Shown here in pieces: positions 38,501 through 53,102 of a DNA stretch of 64,000 nucleotides. The stretch comes from Octopus sinensis (lineage: Eukaryota). The stretch spans positions 1 through 64,000 of the forward strand of contig NW_021833071.1 in the NCBI RefSeq assembly GCF_006345805.1. The letters run 5' to 3'. The position numbers and the translations under genes were made by a program. The stretch's first letter is position 1; the number at the start of each line of letters is the position of its first letter. The notes under the pieces are model-generated. The model ran no database searches. It was not told where the DNA came from and saw only the letters and a program-made list of their open reading frames with translations.

Positions 38501-40024
38501 TATGTGTACATATATATATATATATTATATATATATATATATATAACCTCTCTGTCTGTATATCTACCCACTTTATAATGTTGGCAAACGAAATAGATAT
38601 AAGAATGTGCGTTGTCCGTTTGATTGGAAAATTTCTATAAGTGGCTGAAATTGCTCGACATTTTAAAACTGATGTAATACTTAGTGTTTAATAAAATGGA
38701 GTAGCATGAAACGATCGTACCACATTACCTCGGATATACCTGTTGCTTATTTTGATTGTATATATATATATATAGCTTCCCTTCTCTATGTCTATCCACC
38801 TATCAATCTGTCTGCACGTCTCTTTGTCTGACCGACTGGCATGCTGTACTGCTCTGTTCTGTCTGTGTGTCTGCCTGTCTGTTTGTCTATCTATCTAGTT
38901 AGATCGCTAGCTGCATATGAATACATTATTACGTAATACGTACTCTATAGATATTTCTCATACAACAGATATTTTTGTCGGGTCAATAACCACGTCTCTA
39001 CATGATATGCAATTTTACTTCAAATATCCCAAATTCACAAAGCAGTTTAGTGATACAAATCTATTGATCCTGGTTCAGCAATTTATATTAAACTTCTTAA
39101 AAGCAATCCCCCCCCCCTATGGATTACTTCGTTGTGGAAGGCCACTGCTACAACATCAACAATAATATGAACATCTACTATTTTGCTTAGATTTGGGTAC
39201 TGGGCCTCCCATATCGTGAACATAAATCTTCCTTATGACGTTTATAGAGAGTGATAGCAGGTTTAGCCTCTTAAAGACTAATAATGCCGATGTCTGTTCA
39301 CTTTAAAGTTTTATACCTCATGTGATGAATCACGAGCTCGTACATCAATTAATCTATTCTTTTAATGCTATGCCAATCTTTGATTTTCACTCCCTCCAAT
39401 GTCGATATATCAAATAGATGGCGAACCAATCTGCCAGTTTCTAAGAGTGTCGTGCTAATTACAAGAAACTGAAGCTATGTCACTTTTACATCGCACAATA
39501 ATGTGTTTAAGATGGTAGGATATATTTTGAATATATCCTTTCTCAGTTTAGGAATCAAAATGCTAAGACCGGTTTTAAGTATTAGCTAGACATATAATAC
39601 AACTATAAAACGGTTCTTCCTATCTAACTCTATTCTCAAAGTGCTCCAAAATTTATTGTCGTTGAAGAAGTCTTGATCGAAAATTAGGCATTGTTCAGAG
39701 ATATGAGTAACAACAATGAAAGTACAACAACAAGAACAATATATTCTATGACACGCATGCACTGGCTCATAAAATGGTTTCATAGCTTCGTATGCTCTCA
39801 CTTCATCGGTAACCCTGGCCAGTTTGAAAATCCACACCCTCAAATTTTTGGCCACCCCATTATCGCCTCATTTTTCTTCAATGCCCTCTGGACTTTTCCA
39901 CCTCCACCAGGGGGTGGGCAGTACCGCCCACTTTGTAAACCCCAAAATTAAACGTTTCTAATCGTGGTCATTTTGCAGGCGTTGCGCATGCACTCATACG
40001 CTATCGGAAGTTTTCTACATTATT

Positions 40025-40778
40025 TACAGCTTAAAGTCTCTTGTATGTCGTGTTGCAACATTGAGAATTTGACTCAACGGTGGCATTACGAATCCTTTGC
40101 TTCAAGTCAGCAATGTCCTGTATCTTTGTTTGATACACGATATCTTTTACATAACTCCATAAAAAGAAGTCCAAGGGAGTGATATCTGCCGAACGCGGAG
40201 GCCATGGAATTGGCCCATCCCTTCCAATCCATCGATATGGAAATGTTTGATTGAGAAACTGACAAAAATGCCGTCCCCAATGTGGTGGTGCACCATCTTG
40301 CTGGAAAATGATGGTTGGTTGTAAATCAATCGGTTGTGGTGCCACGTATTCTGTCAGAAGGTCGAGGTAAAAATTTGCAGTAATTGTTGCGTCGTTGAAG
40401 AAAAAATGGACCAATTATTCTATTGCACATGATTCCACACCACACATTCACATTTGGACTATCGCGTTGGAGCTCCCTAGTCACATGGGGGTGTTCTGAT
40501 CCCCAGATTCTCACAATGTGTCTGTTTAATTTCCCTAAACCATGAAAGTCGCCTCCTCACTAAATCAAACCCGCTTGAGGAATACTTCATCCTCATTTTA
40601 TAGGGGTTCAGTGAATCAGTTCCCTTCCACCAACAGAGTATCTGAAAGACAAACATTTAATATCAATAAAAACTTTTGATATGCAATAATTAAAATAAAC
40701 CAAATCTGGTTGAAATATCTCATCAACTGCCTTTGTAATAATTTTTGTTAATTGTAAAGAGACTTTATGGACACCCTG
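40025..40778 (-). mobile_element. DD41D (rosa-type) Tc1/mariner remnant
   Basis: SPNVNVWCGI..IIGPFF then FQQDGAPPHW..WPPRSADITPLDFFLWSYVK; I count 41 residues between the two Asp; end cagggtgtccataaagtctc at ~40760-40778 with a degraded partner at ~40027. Confidence 0.85.
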
Positions 40779-41129
40779 TTTACAAGCGTTTGTTACTATT
40801 TACATATTTGTTACTGTATCTCCACTTGTATATACGAATATGTGTCGCTGTACGAACGAAGCAAGCAGTAGCTCAATACTCACAAATACACACACACACA
40901 CAAACAGAGACGGGGGCATGTACAATATACATACGATGCCAGTGAGAAGTAGTGTTCAATTGCTGGATCATCTAAATTAGTTTCCTCTGAACCAATCTCC
41001 TTTTTATGAGTGTTTGATCTACTGTTTGAGACGACTTGTGTGTCCTAAACGTAAACCCCACACAGCAACAGCGCGGCACATTGACAGAGAAAGCTGTATG
41101 TGTTGTGTAAGAAGTGCACTCCATTTGAC

Positions 41130-41310
41130 GTGGTTCTGTACATGCATATAGAAATAAGTGCACACGCCGTTGTGTACTAAGAAATCTGTTTGCTAACCAC
41201 ATGGTTCCGGGTTCAAACTCACTGCGTGAAAACTTGGGTGGGTGTTTTCTTCTATAGATCTGTGCCGATGAAAGCCTTGATGCTTTTGAAGTCACATCCA
41301 CGTTGAGCAG
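41130..41310 (+). mobile_element. SINE family A 5' part, diverged
   Basis: gctaaccacatggttccgggttcaaactcactgcgtg. Confidence 0.65.
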
Positions 41311-41395
41311 GTTTGTGGCCATTATTTATACACCTATATGTATATGTATATGAATGTATACATATATATATATATATATATATTAATGTATGTTA

Positions 41396-41439
<44 letters not shown>

Positions 41440-41810
41440 ATAAAATAGAAATAGTGGTACGACAAGGGACCAATGCTTGCTGGAAATAGCAGACGATAAC
41501 GATACGAAGCTATGTAAAGATTCACTGAAATATATAATGGCAAAGATGTATGCAAGCAGCAAAATGTTTTTTAAATGTTCTTTTTACATTTACACAGATC
41601 GTAAAAAATACAGCATCTCCAAAGTTCAGTTTTCAGATACATATTAATATGACAATTAAAGAATTTTGTAAGAATGATTCTACGGAGTAAGTTTGAACCT
41701 GGGGCGTCGTGATTATAGATAAACTGTGTTAACAATTCTGCCAGAGCAGTACATATAATCATGTCCACTAGAGACACTAACGCATTATAATACATACATA
41801 CAGAAGGTGG

Positions 41811-42185
41811 CAAGCAGGCAGAAACGTTAGCACGCCGGGCGAAATGCGTAGCCGTATTTTGTCTGCCGTTACGTTCTGAGTTCAAATTCTGCCGAGTTCG
41901 AATTTTCCTTTCATCCTTTCGTGGTCGATAAATTAAGTACCAGTTACTCACTGGTGTCGATGTAATCGACTTAATCCCTTTGTCTGTCCTTGTTTGTCCC
42001 CTCTGTGTTTAGCCCCTTGTGGGTAGTAAAGAAATACGTATTACGTCTGCCTATATGTTCTGAGTTCAAATTCCGCCGAGGCCAACTTTGTTTTTCACAC
42101 ATTCGGGGTCGATATATTAAGTACCAGTTGCGTACTAGGGTCGACCCAATCGACTGTCCCTTCCGACTAAATTTCGGTCTTTGTG
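41811..42185 (+). mobile_element. SINE family C, head plus two units
   Basis: Head ggcagaaacgttagcacgccgggcgaaatg; second unit restarts at gaaatac|gtattacgtctgcc. Confidence 0.85.
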
Positions 42186-42196
42186 CCTAGACTATG

Positions 42197-42280
<84 letters not shown>

Positions 42281-42819
42281 ATACAGAACTAGGAGATTCA
42301 TTCAGGTACATATCAGAAAGAAATGTTCAAAGAAATGTACAGAGGTGTGAAATAACACTAATGAATAAGTACAATAACCCCCCCCCCACACACACACACA
42401 ACTGTCTATGCTAAAATCATACAGAAATAGAAACAGAGTTATTAAGACATACACCTACAAGTGTACGTGTGTGAGTACGCAAGAGGATAGTATAAGCTAT
42501 AAATATTATCATACATCGAAACATTTGATACACAAAGACTTATGCGTAAACATAACTGCAGATAACCAAGGTTCTCGTTTGTAAACAACAACATTGCGAC
42601 ATACGCAGTTCCACAAAAAGAAAAAAAAAAAACGTTTCATATAAACTAAGAAAAAACATCGATGTTATCAAGTAGAGAAAGAAACCAACTGTTATCTTTA
42701 TTCTGTAATTCAGAAATATAAAGAAATAGTAATGTTTACGAGTGTGCCTGTCTATGTGTCTGTATCTATGTATCTGCACCAACAGATATGATTGTGTGTG
42801 TGTGTATGTATATATATAT

Positions 42820-42862
<43 letters not shown>

Positions 42863-42865
42863 CAC

Positions 42866-42916
<51 letters not shown>

Positions 42917-43053
42917 ATATATATATGTTATATATATATATATAATATATATATATATAATATATATCTATATGCATATATGTACATATGTATGAATACA
43001 CATAATTGTCTTTCTGTGCATATACAATACCGATATATATATATATAATATAT

Positions 43054-43095
<42 letters not shown>

Positions 43096-43523
43096 TCTAT
43101 CATACTATTTTATATATACATAGACGTTTATATGCACACAGCCTCACACACACGCAAACACATGCACACACACACAATGACCACACATACACAAACACAT
43201 GTAATCACAATTTAAAAAGTATTGTACAAATATAATAGAATATTAAAAAAAAAGACTTCGTAGGAAACATTAAAGGCAACGTTAAAAACAGTAAATATAT
43301 ATACAATATAAACAGTTTACTATTATACAAATAAAATTTAAATAATAACCAAACTGAACCAACGAAAATTACAAAAAGGGAGAAAAGAAATCAACAAAGA
43401 TGGAGGAACACAAAAAATATTATATGCACATAACAAACACACATATGTATATATATAGATGCATACATAAATTCATACCTATCTACACACATAAATACAT
43501 ACATACATCTAAGTATATACGTA

Positions 43524-43560
<37 letters not shown>

Positions 43561-44068
43561 GTGTATATACATGCATATATGTACGTGCATATTATACACA
43601 AACATAATAGATACATATATACGTATGCATGTATGTATTTATGTATCGTAAAATAATAAGAAAATATTGAAATATAATTAAAATAAAATATATATTAAAT
43701 AAAAAAAAAGATCAGAAAATCTAAAAACAGACTGAAACAGTAACACCAACAAAATGATGTATTAAAAAATCGAGCGACTCTATTGATTAAAAAATCATAA
43801 AACGGAGATCATTTAATATTCAAAGAATTTTCATGCTACATCGTCTTTGGAAACCTTCCAGATATCAAAGTTGTTACAGTATATATATATTATATATATA
43901 TATATATAATATATATAAATTATATGAAATGTATATTAATTTATATATACCTATATATATATATATGCTTATATTCATATAATATAATTTTCTTGTATAC
44001 TAGGACTATATAAATAAATATATATAATATATATATATATTATATATATATAAATAAATATATATATA

Positions 44069-44109
<41 letters not shown>

Positions 44110-45274
44110 TATATATTATATATGCCTGTCTATGTGTGCATCTGTGCATGTATGCGTTCGTGTTTATCTCAAGACATTTACGCATTACGCATGTTGGTTA
44201 CATATATGTTTCTTAACAGTTTTATAATATATATATATATATATTATATATATATATATATATATAAATATAGTATATATATATATATATATATAATATA
44301 TTTATTTGTATGTATGTCTGTGTATATATTTATATATATATATTTAACATATGTGTTTAGCCATTACTAACTTGGTCTTTTAAGCAATTTCTGACAAAGT
44401 TTGACGTAGCCGACTGACTGATTGCCTTCTTTCAACATAAATCATAATTTTAATTACAGAACAAATAACTTCAAATTTATTTAACTGGGCAGTGCGGCAG
44501 CGTACATTTTCCTTTATATTTCTATAGTACTCTGTGTTATTTATTACATTGGTTCTCTCATCCAAGTGGTGATGAATAATCATATATATATACAAAAGAC
44601 TATGCTCAAACACTACTATCTATTTACATATATGTATATGAGCATATACCTATGAATATTTATACGCACACACATACACACACACACACACATAGCAAAG
44701 TAAATACATAAACAAAGAGCTACTGATTGTTTCAGGCTGTTATGATACTTGAAACACCTATGTGTATATGTATCTGAATGTATACATAATATATATATAT
44801 ATATAATATATATATTATATATTATATATATATATAATATATTATATATATTATTATATGTATACATATATATACATATACATATACATATATATAGTAT
44901 GTATATATATATATATATATATACATACATATACATCTATATATATGTAATTATATATATATTATATATATATATATATTTATATACATTGAAATTAATA
45001 AATACGGTATCTACGAGATACCATTCGGGAAATAGCAGCCATGATCTGACTCTAAAACCACCTTAATTGTCCATATATCAACTCGGTGAGAAAACAAAAA
45101 GACAAGATGAAACTATAAAACATTACTGGATAATTATAAATCACGGATTTCTGACTTTATTTAAAATTAACGATCTTTTCCTTATTTATAAAAAAAAATA
45201 GATATATTTATATATATGTATATATATTATATACTATTATATATATATATATATTCTATATATATACACATACG

Positions 45275-45323
<49 letters not shown>

Positions 45324-45529
45324 ATATAAAAGAATATGTACGACAAGACCCCAATGCTTGCTGGAAATAGCAGATGATAGCGATACGAAGCTATGTAAAG
45401 ATTTCCTGTAATATACAATGGCTAAGATCTATGCAAGCAGCCAACAACAGCACCGTAAAGGTAGAATTAATAAGAAATATTGTACAAGAAGCACCAATGC
45501 ATTCGTACATATAATATATATATATTACT

Positions 45530-46119
45530 CTCTTTTTACTCTTTTACTTGTTTCAGTTACTTGACTGCGGCCATGCTGGAGCACCGCCTTTAGTCGAGCA
45601 ACTCGACCCCGGGACTTATTCTTTGTAAGCCCAGTACTTATTTTATCGGTCTCTTTTGCCGAACCGCTAAGTTACGAGGACATAAACACACAAGCATCGG
45701 TTGTCAAGCAATGCTAGTGGGACAAACACAGACAGACAAACATACACGCACACATACACACACACACGAGTATAACCTCACCCCCTAAGATATCTAGAGA
45801 ACTCATATGTATTTTAGCTGATGAGTACGGGACACTTTTATCTGCTGCAATTTTTGCAACTTTTAATAAAGCCTGTCTTTGTATGAAACAATTGTACTAA
45901 AAACTAATCCATTCTTGTTGCTTCTTTCTTGTATATATATATATACATATACATATATACGACGGGCTTCTTTCAGTTTCCGTCTACCAAATCCACTCAC
46001 AAGGCCTTGGTCGGCCCGAGACTATAGTAGAAGACACTTGCCCAAGATGCCACGCAGTGGGACTGAACACGGAACCATGTGGTTGGTAGCAAGCTACTTG
46101 TCACACAGCCACTCCTGCG

Positions 46120-46121
<2 letters not shown>
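45530..46121 (-). mobile_element. SINE family A with an ~170-bp internal insertion
   Basis: Family A halves at 45530-45765 and 45935-46121. Confidence 0.8.
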
Positions 46122-46152
<31 letters not shown>

Positions 46153-46161
46153 TATTATTAC

Positions 46162-46204
<43 letters not shown>

Positions 46205-46207
<3 letters not shown>

Positions 46208-49200
46208 TAGTTATTTTTATAGCGTGCTTTCACTTCACTACCGAGCGCAGCTCTGTGTGCCTTGGGTATGTGCTGTGATTTGTTGTGATGCTCTGATGGT
46301 ATTGTATGGAAAGTGTTCTGCGTAGGATGTGTGCAGTGCCTAGTAGTGCAATTTTCTGTATGTTATATGTGTTTGTAAGTCCTGGTGTTTTTGTTATGTA
46401 TTTGTCTGAATATTTTTTTATCATGCCTAATGCACCTACTATGATAGGAATTGTTTCTGTTTTCAGGTTCCACATTCTAGTTATCTCTATTTCCAGGTCT
46501 TTGTATTTTGAGAGTTTCTCCATTTCTTTTAGAGACACGTTGTCATCTGCCGGTATTGATACATCAATTAGAAAGCATTTTTTTTCTTCATGATCTCTGA
46601 CAACTATATCTGGTCTGTTGGCCTTAATTTCTCTATCTGTGTGTATCGGCATATCCCAGAGTATGGTTGCTTTCTCGTTTTCTGTGACCTTTTCTGGTGT
46701 GTGCCTATACCATCTTTTTTCTGTTGTTATTCCATAATGTCTGTGAATATATCCTCTTAGCCAGGACTGGGCTGCTAGAGATATTATGATTTATTGTTTC
46801 TTGTCCATCTCCACATATTCTGCAGTTACTTGTAATATTTCTTTTCATTACATGTTTTTGGTAATTTCTGGTGGGAGGCTTTGGTCTTGTGCTGCAATTA
46901 AAAATCCCTCTGTTTCTGCTTTGAGTCCTAAGCTTCTCAACCATTGCTGGGATTTTTCTTTGTATATTTCTTTTGCGTTTAGTTTAGCAGTATTTACCAT
47001 GAAGGGGCTTTTCTTGCCATCGTTTTATCATGGTTCGTTGCTGTTCTATTTTTAGTTTGGATTTCATTTGTTTTATAGCTTTTGTTGTTTCTCTTCATCA
47101 TCTTCTTCTTCGTCTTCATGTTTATTAGGTGGTATGATTTCTTGTTTGTATTTGTCAGCTTCCTTAAATACTGAGAACATTTTTTTGTTTTGCTCGTGTT
47201 TTGCTGCTATCTGGATCAGTTTTCCTTCCTTCTGAAGTAGATATTTTTGCAGTCCTATGGTGGTTATTGTAGTAGTTTTTCCAGCTGTATAAGGCCTCTA
47301 CCACCTTTTATACGTTGTATATATAGTCTTTCTATGTCAGATTTTGGGTGATGCATCCTAGATCCTGTCAGTATTTTCTTGTTTTCCTATCTATTTTGGA
47401 CAGTTTATTTCGTGTCCAGTTAAGGATATTGTAGCTGTAACTTATAACTGGGACAGCTAAAGTGTTGATACCTATTATCTTGTTTTTAGCATTGAGCTCT
47501 GTTTTTAGTATTGATCTAACTCGTCTATAATATTCTTTTTTTATTTTCTCTTTCATTTGTGTGTGTTGTGTCTTATCTAGTTCATGGATTCCTAAGTATT
47601 TGTAAGTTTGGCTTTGGTCTAATTCTTTTATTTCATTGGTTTTATCTAGTGTGATGTTGTTACTCTTAACTAGTGTTCCTCTTTCATGGTACTTGGCGCA
47701 TTTTTCTAATCCAATTTCATATCTATTTCTTTGGTAAATCCATGAACTGTCTTTAATAGTGTTTCCAGCTGTTTGTCATTTGCAGCGTATAGTTTTAGGT
47801 CATCCATATATAAAAGGTGGCTGATCGTTTTCCCGTAACATTTATATCCGCATCCAATTCTATTTAGCATATCAGATAGAGGTGATAGTGCCAAGCGGAA
47901 AAGGAGTGGAGAGAGCGTGTCTCCCTGGAATATTCCTCTCCTAATGGGGACGTCTTTGGTTTTCATGAGTCCCTCTTTTGTTTGGAGGTGTAGGACTGTT
48001 TGCCATTTATTCATAGAGTGCTCTATGAATTTTATGATCGTTGGTGCTACTTTATTAATGGCTAGTGTTTCGAGGATCCATGTGTGGGGGATGCTATCAA
48101 ACGCCTTTCTGTAGTCAATCCAGGCCATACTGAGGCCTTTCTTCTTTCTGTGGCTGTCTTCAGTTACGGCTTTATTAATCATTAGTTGATCTTTACAGCC
48201 ACATGAGCCTTTGCGGCATCCTTTCTGCTCTTCTGGGAACAGCTTGTTTTCGTCCAGGTGCTTGTTCAGCCTTTGCGATATCACTGCAGTAAATGCCTTG
48301 AACATAGTAGGGAGGCAGGTTATTGGTCTGTAGTTTTCTGGTTTTGCTGTTTCATTTGATTTGGGAATTAAGATAGTTTTCCCCTTCGTGAGCCATTCAG
48401 GCATTGTCTCTGGCTCTGCTAGTATGCTGCTAAAGTTTTCAGCCAGCTTTTTGTGCATTCCTGTTAGATATTTCAACCAGAAGTTGGGGATCTTGTCATG
48501 CCCAGGTGCCTTCCAGTTGCTTAGTTTTTGCAGTGCCTGGGTGACCTCTTCAGTTGTTATGGGGGTCCAAAGTTGTTCAGATGCCGCGTTTGTTATTTTG
48601 ATACTCCTTTTTTTGGGCTGTTCGTTCGCCGACCATATTTCTCTCCAGAATTCTTCCAATTCTTCTGCCGTTGGTGCTGCAGTGACTTCTATTTTATTTT
48701 TTCCCAGTTCTTGGTAGAACTTTTTGGGGTTGGAGTTGAACTTTTTGTTCTGTTCAAAGAAGCGTTGGCGTTTCTCGTACCGGCGGATCCTTTGAGCTTT
48801 GGCAAGGATATCTTGCTTCAGCTCTTCTTTTATCTCCGGCAAATCTTTTTCTGTGATGTTATATTTGCGGGGCATTTTTGTTCTCTTTTTGTTGCTCAGT
48901 AGCGTTGATTATTTGCTGATTTCATTAAGAATCGACAGGTCTTTTCTAATTTTTTTAATTTTGTTCTGGATGTTATTTATCCACAGGGTTTGTTTGGGTG
49001 GTGGTACTCTTGTTTGGGCGGGTTTGGGTGAGTATCCAGCTTCTTTTCTGGCTGCTGCGTATATCAAGTCATTTAGTTCAGTGATATCACTTTTTTTTGT
49101 TTCAGTGGCTAGTTCAGTGACGGCTAGGTTTATGCTGTTTATAATTGGTGTTGTTATTTCGTTTATTTTTATTCTTGGGAGGTATGGTCGGTGGTCCATT

Positions 49201-50172
49201 TTGGGCTCTGTGGTTTTCAGTTCTTTGATTATTTTATTTTTTATATTATCATAATCATTAGGCTCCCCTTCCTTGTTTACATCGTGTTTGTTGGCAATGT
49301 TGCGTTTGTCTTCGTGCTTTACAGTTTCAGTGTTTATATTATTGGGCATTGTTGTGTGGCTTCTATCTACATTTTCCTGGTGTATGTTTTCTTTTAGATG
49401 TTCTATTTCTATTTCTGATATTTTTTTTGTTTGAGAATGTATCTTCGTACGTTAGCTAATTTATTAGGGTTCATTGCTGTATCCAATCTATATCTCTATT
49501 ATTTTCCTTCCATATTTTATATGTATGTGTTGTTGTATTTTCATTTTTGGGTAGAGCATTGCTGTGAAGTAAGCGTGTAAGATAGAAAATATTCCTCACG
49601 TGTCCATTTACGTCTTTTGGGTTTTATTTGCGGGACAAGAGGTACACGTCCGGCCCATTATTTTGACGGTCGTCATTTTCGTAGGGTACCGGTCCGTTTA
49701 TTTCTGTTGTCACATTATTTCGCACGTGTAGTTTTTCGTACATTTTTTGTTGTAAGTTTAATGTACGTACCGCTCGATTGTTATTCTTGGGTTGAATAAT
49801 CGGTGGCATTTAATTTCTTCGTAGTTCCTTTGTACATGGTGTTTGGGGTCGGGGATGATCGTGATGTTCCACGCATGTTTACATGTGTTGTGTTAGAGGT
49901 GGAGATGATATCGAGTCAAAATACATCATTTCGTTTCGAAAATAGTAATAAATTTCAATTAGTATTACTTACTCGGATACAGTCCAATTTTTGTTAGTAA
50001 ATTTTTGGCTCCAAGGATGTCCTTGTTTTCGATGTTTGTGGATAGATTTCGGAGCTCTGTATTTTCCTTCTTACATCTTAAACGTCCCCCGGTATTCTCT
50101 CTTAAACGTCCCCCGGTGTTCTCCTCTTAAACGTCCCCCGGTGTTCTCTCTTAAACGTCCCCCGGTGTTCTC
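46205..50172 (-). mobile_element. Near full-length R4/Dong-clade non-LTR retrotransposon (Myb-like, RT, CCHC, RLE) in (TAA)n
   Basis: KRRKWTREE at the N-terminus; 389-aa ORF 47706-48875 with KAPGHD, YRPITCL, DYRKAFDS, GIFQGDTLSPLLF, LLYMDD; CRICGDGQETINH; NRPDIVV..LIDVSIP..EKLSKY RLE motif; (TTA)n at 46152-46204 and 50174-50290. Confidence 0.95.
50076..50172 (-). repeat. 4 x 24-bp tandem repeat at the Dong element 5' end
   Basis: (tcttaaacgtcccccggtRttctc)x4. Confidence 0.95.
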
Positions 50173-50173
50173 C

Positions 50174-50265
<92 letters not shown>

Positions 50266-50399
50266 TTTATTAATTATTATTATTATCATTCATTATTGTT
50301 ATTTCTAATAGTAGAATATATTTAAATTCTTTCTATATGATTTATTATAGATAATATTTTTCACTATTATTGAATTACTTAATTAAAGTGTTTGTCTCC

Positions 50400-50488
<89 letters not shown>

Positions 50489-50862
50489 TGTATGTATGCA
50501 TATATACACTCAAAAAACACACACACACGCACACACAAATGAAGCATTCTCCCACCGAAAACGACGAAATTAATTTGCTTATAACGCTCGAATATTCGTG
50601 CCGTACATCATCTCACTCTCTCAATTAAATTGACGTTTTCTAAACAGGTGCTCAGGGTACCACGGGTCAAGCATCGAAGTAATCGAAGTGTTTCGCTCAA
50701 GAACACAACTTATTACCCAAACTGGGAAATGAAATCACGATCTATCGATCCTGAGTGTAACACACGAATCTCTAAGCCATATATGTTGATAAATATATAT
50801 CCAGACACGATCACATTTTTTTTGTTTGTTTTTCTTTCTGTAACCACTCACACATACATACA

Positions 50863-50896
<34 letters not shown>

Positions 50897-51044
50897 CAGC
50901 GTCACAATTATTGCAAAGGTTGCAAGTCGCAACGAAAATTTTAGGAACATAAAAATAAGAAAAAAGTGGAAATTTTACCGGTGAGTGTGTTATATTATAA
51001 GGCACAAAAAGAAAATGACTCTCCCCAGATACATGCATTCAGTT

Positions 51045-51300
51045 CTCCTGAAAGTCAAAGAGAAAACGATAATTATGGAGAACTGCTTCGAAATCTCCAG
51101 CTTCTACATCCAGATAACAAATTTAAATTTATACCGATAAAATTGTTGCATTTGGCTTTGCAAGTAAACGCCTAACTGTCAATCGGGATAAATTTGGATT
51201 TTCAGGAAAAGAAATTAAGGAACTGATTCGCATATTACAAATATAATTTGTAAGTGATACAGTAAAAATATGCAAGACTGTTCTTAGCCTTCAGATGTGA
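51045..51300 (+). mobile_element. Decayed RLE-type non-LTR element 3' end, different family
   Basis: DNYGELLRNLQLLHPDNKFKFIPI..(frameshifts)..KEIKELIRILQ..TVKICKTVL resembles R4-type C-termini. Confidence 0.55.
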
Positions 51301-52305
51301 CATTGATTTCGTTATCTACATTGCAAGGAGGGAGCTTTGTACCCAGCTCCTTCTTCAAAGGTAGAATGTAAGTAATTAAAAACAGAAAAGAACACATATA
51401 CGTACATACAAGCATACATTCATACATACATACATACATACATACATACATACATACATACATACATACATACATACATGCATATATATATACAAACATA
51501 CCCGTCTACGTACACGTCTAGATATGCAACTAGATGTATGAGAAGATATTCATAAAACAAAACAGAAATCTGCACATATATATATACACACATACAAAAA
51601 TACCCTACTGCTGATTCTGAAATTCCAATTTAAGAGCCTTAAATCTAGGTTAGAAACCAGCTCTTTCTCTGTTGGTAAGAAATCTAGAAATAAACGGAAT
51701 AATGACATACACTCAAACAGAGATATGTATGTAAGAAGTGTCAAACAACGACTATGGCAGCTAAACTACAATTTATATTGTTTCTTATCTATTTATTTCT
51801 CCTGCGTTTATAAATGTGTAAAGACAACAACGTTACTATTATAAATAACGTTTTAGCATTAAGATCTTGAAGACAGTACTGTACGCGATCCGGGGATGAG
51901 CCACAACACCTCGTTCCATGTGCTTGTCTCCAAGATGGTAGAAATGTGCACGCGAATGGCTGGATAAATTCCTGTAAATTTCATAAGGGACCGGGAAACT
52001 ACACCGGTTTTATTTGGTACATTTCATATACCCAATAGCAAATATTAAAACTCGTTACAAAAATGGATGTATGAATATTTCTAGGTGCTGGCTTGAAATG
52101 TTACATATTAAGTATTAACCAACTTCTGTTAAACATAAATATTTAGAAACACACGGGCGCATATACATACATATATCTTTACATGTACCTACATGTAGAT
52201 TTATATCATTACACATTTTACTATGCGTTTGAAAAATCCTAGTTATTACACAAATAACAACCACACATGTATAAATACACATACATACATACATCACATA
52301 TATAT

Positions 52306-52336
<31 letters not shown>

Positions 52337-52356
52337 GTGTGTGTGTGTATATAAAT

Positions 52357-52434
<78 letters not shown>

Positions 52435-53102
52435 ATATACATACTATACGGCTATACTGACTGATGTACATATATAGCAAGTAACTTTCTATGTGAACAT
52501 CTCATCACGTATTGTCTTCTACGTCTGTGACTTCCTCTCAGTATTTTTTTTCTATACGATAGGATCTCGTTCGTGTTTTCTAAGACTACATCGATCAAAT
52601 TTCTCATTAAGACAGACAGAAATGCTGAAATATTACTAATGTGAACACATGAATGCAGTGTTATGTTACTTCTCAAAAAAAAAGAACGCTTAGTGTTATC
52701 AGATTAAGTGTACATAGGCAACGACAACTACATTCTGTCTTTATTTATTATCAATTTATTTATAGAATTACAGAAGATGTCGTAGTCTCCAAGATGATTC
52801 AATAAAATTATCAGAGAAATCTTACTGGGATGCCACACTGAGGAAAGAGATCTGAAGAATAGAAAAAAATATAATAAAAGAACAGAAGAGCATAACATAT
52901 CCATCATGATTTAATTCCTTTTGAATGTATCGTTTTGCTGTTAACGTTGTTGTTTAAACACAAGTCAACATTGATTGAGATAGCATGTATCAAAGGCATT
53001 CTAAACATGACCATCCCCTCTGTAGAGAATAATTGCATTTTTTACATGCCTTAATTCGTATTTTTGTTCTAACCTAACAGAGTGAAATATAAGCGATATT
53101 TT

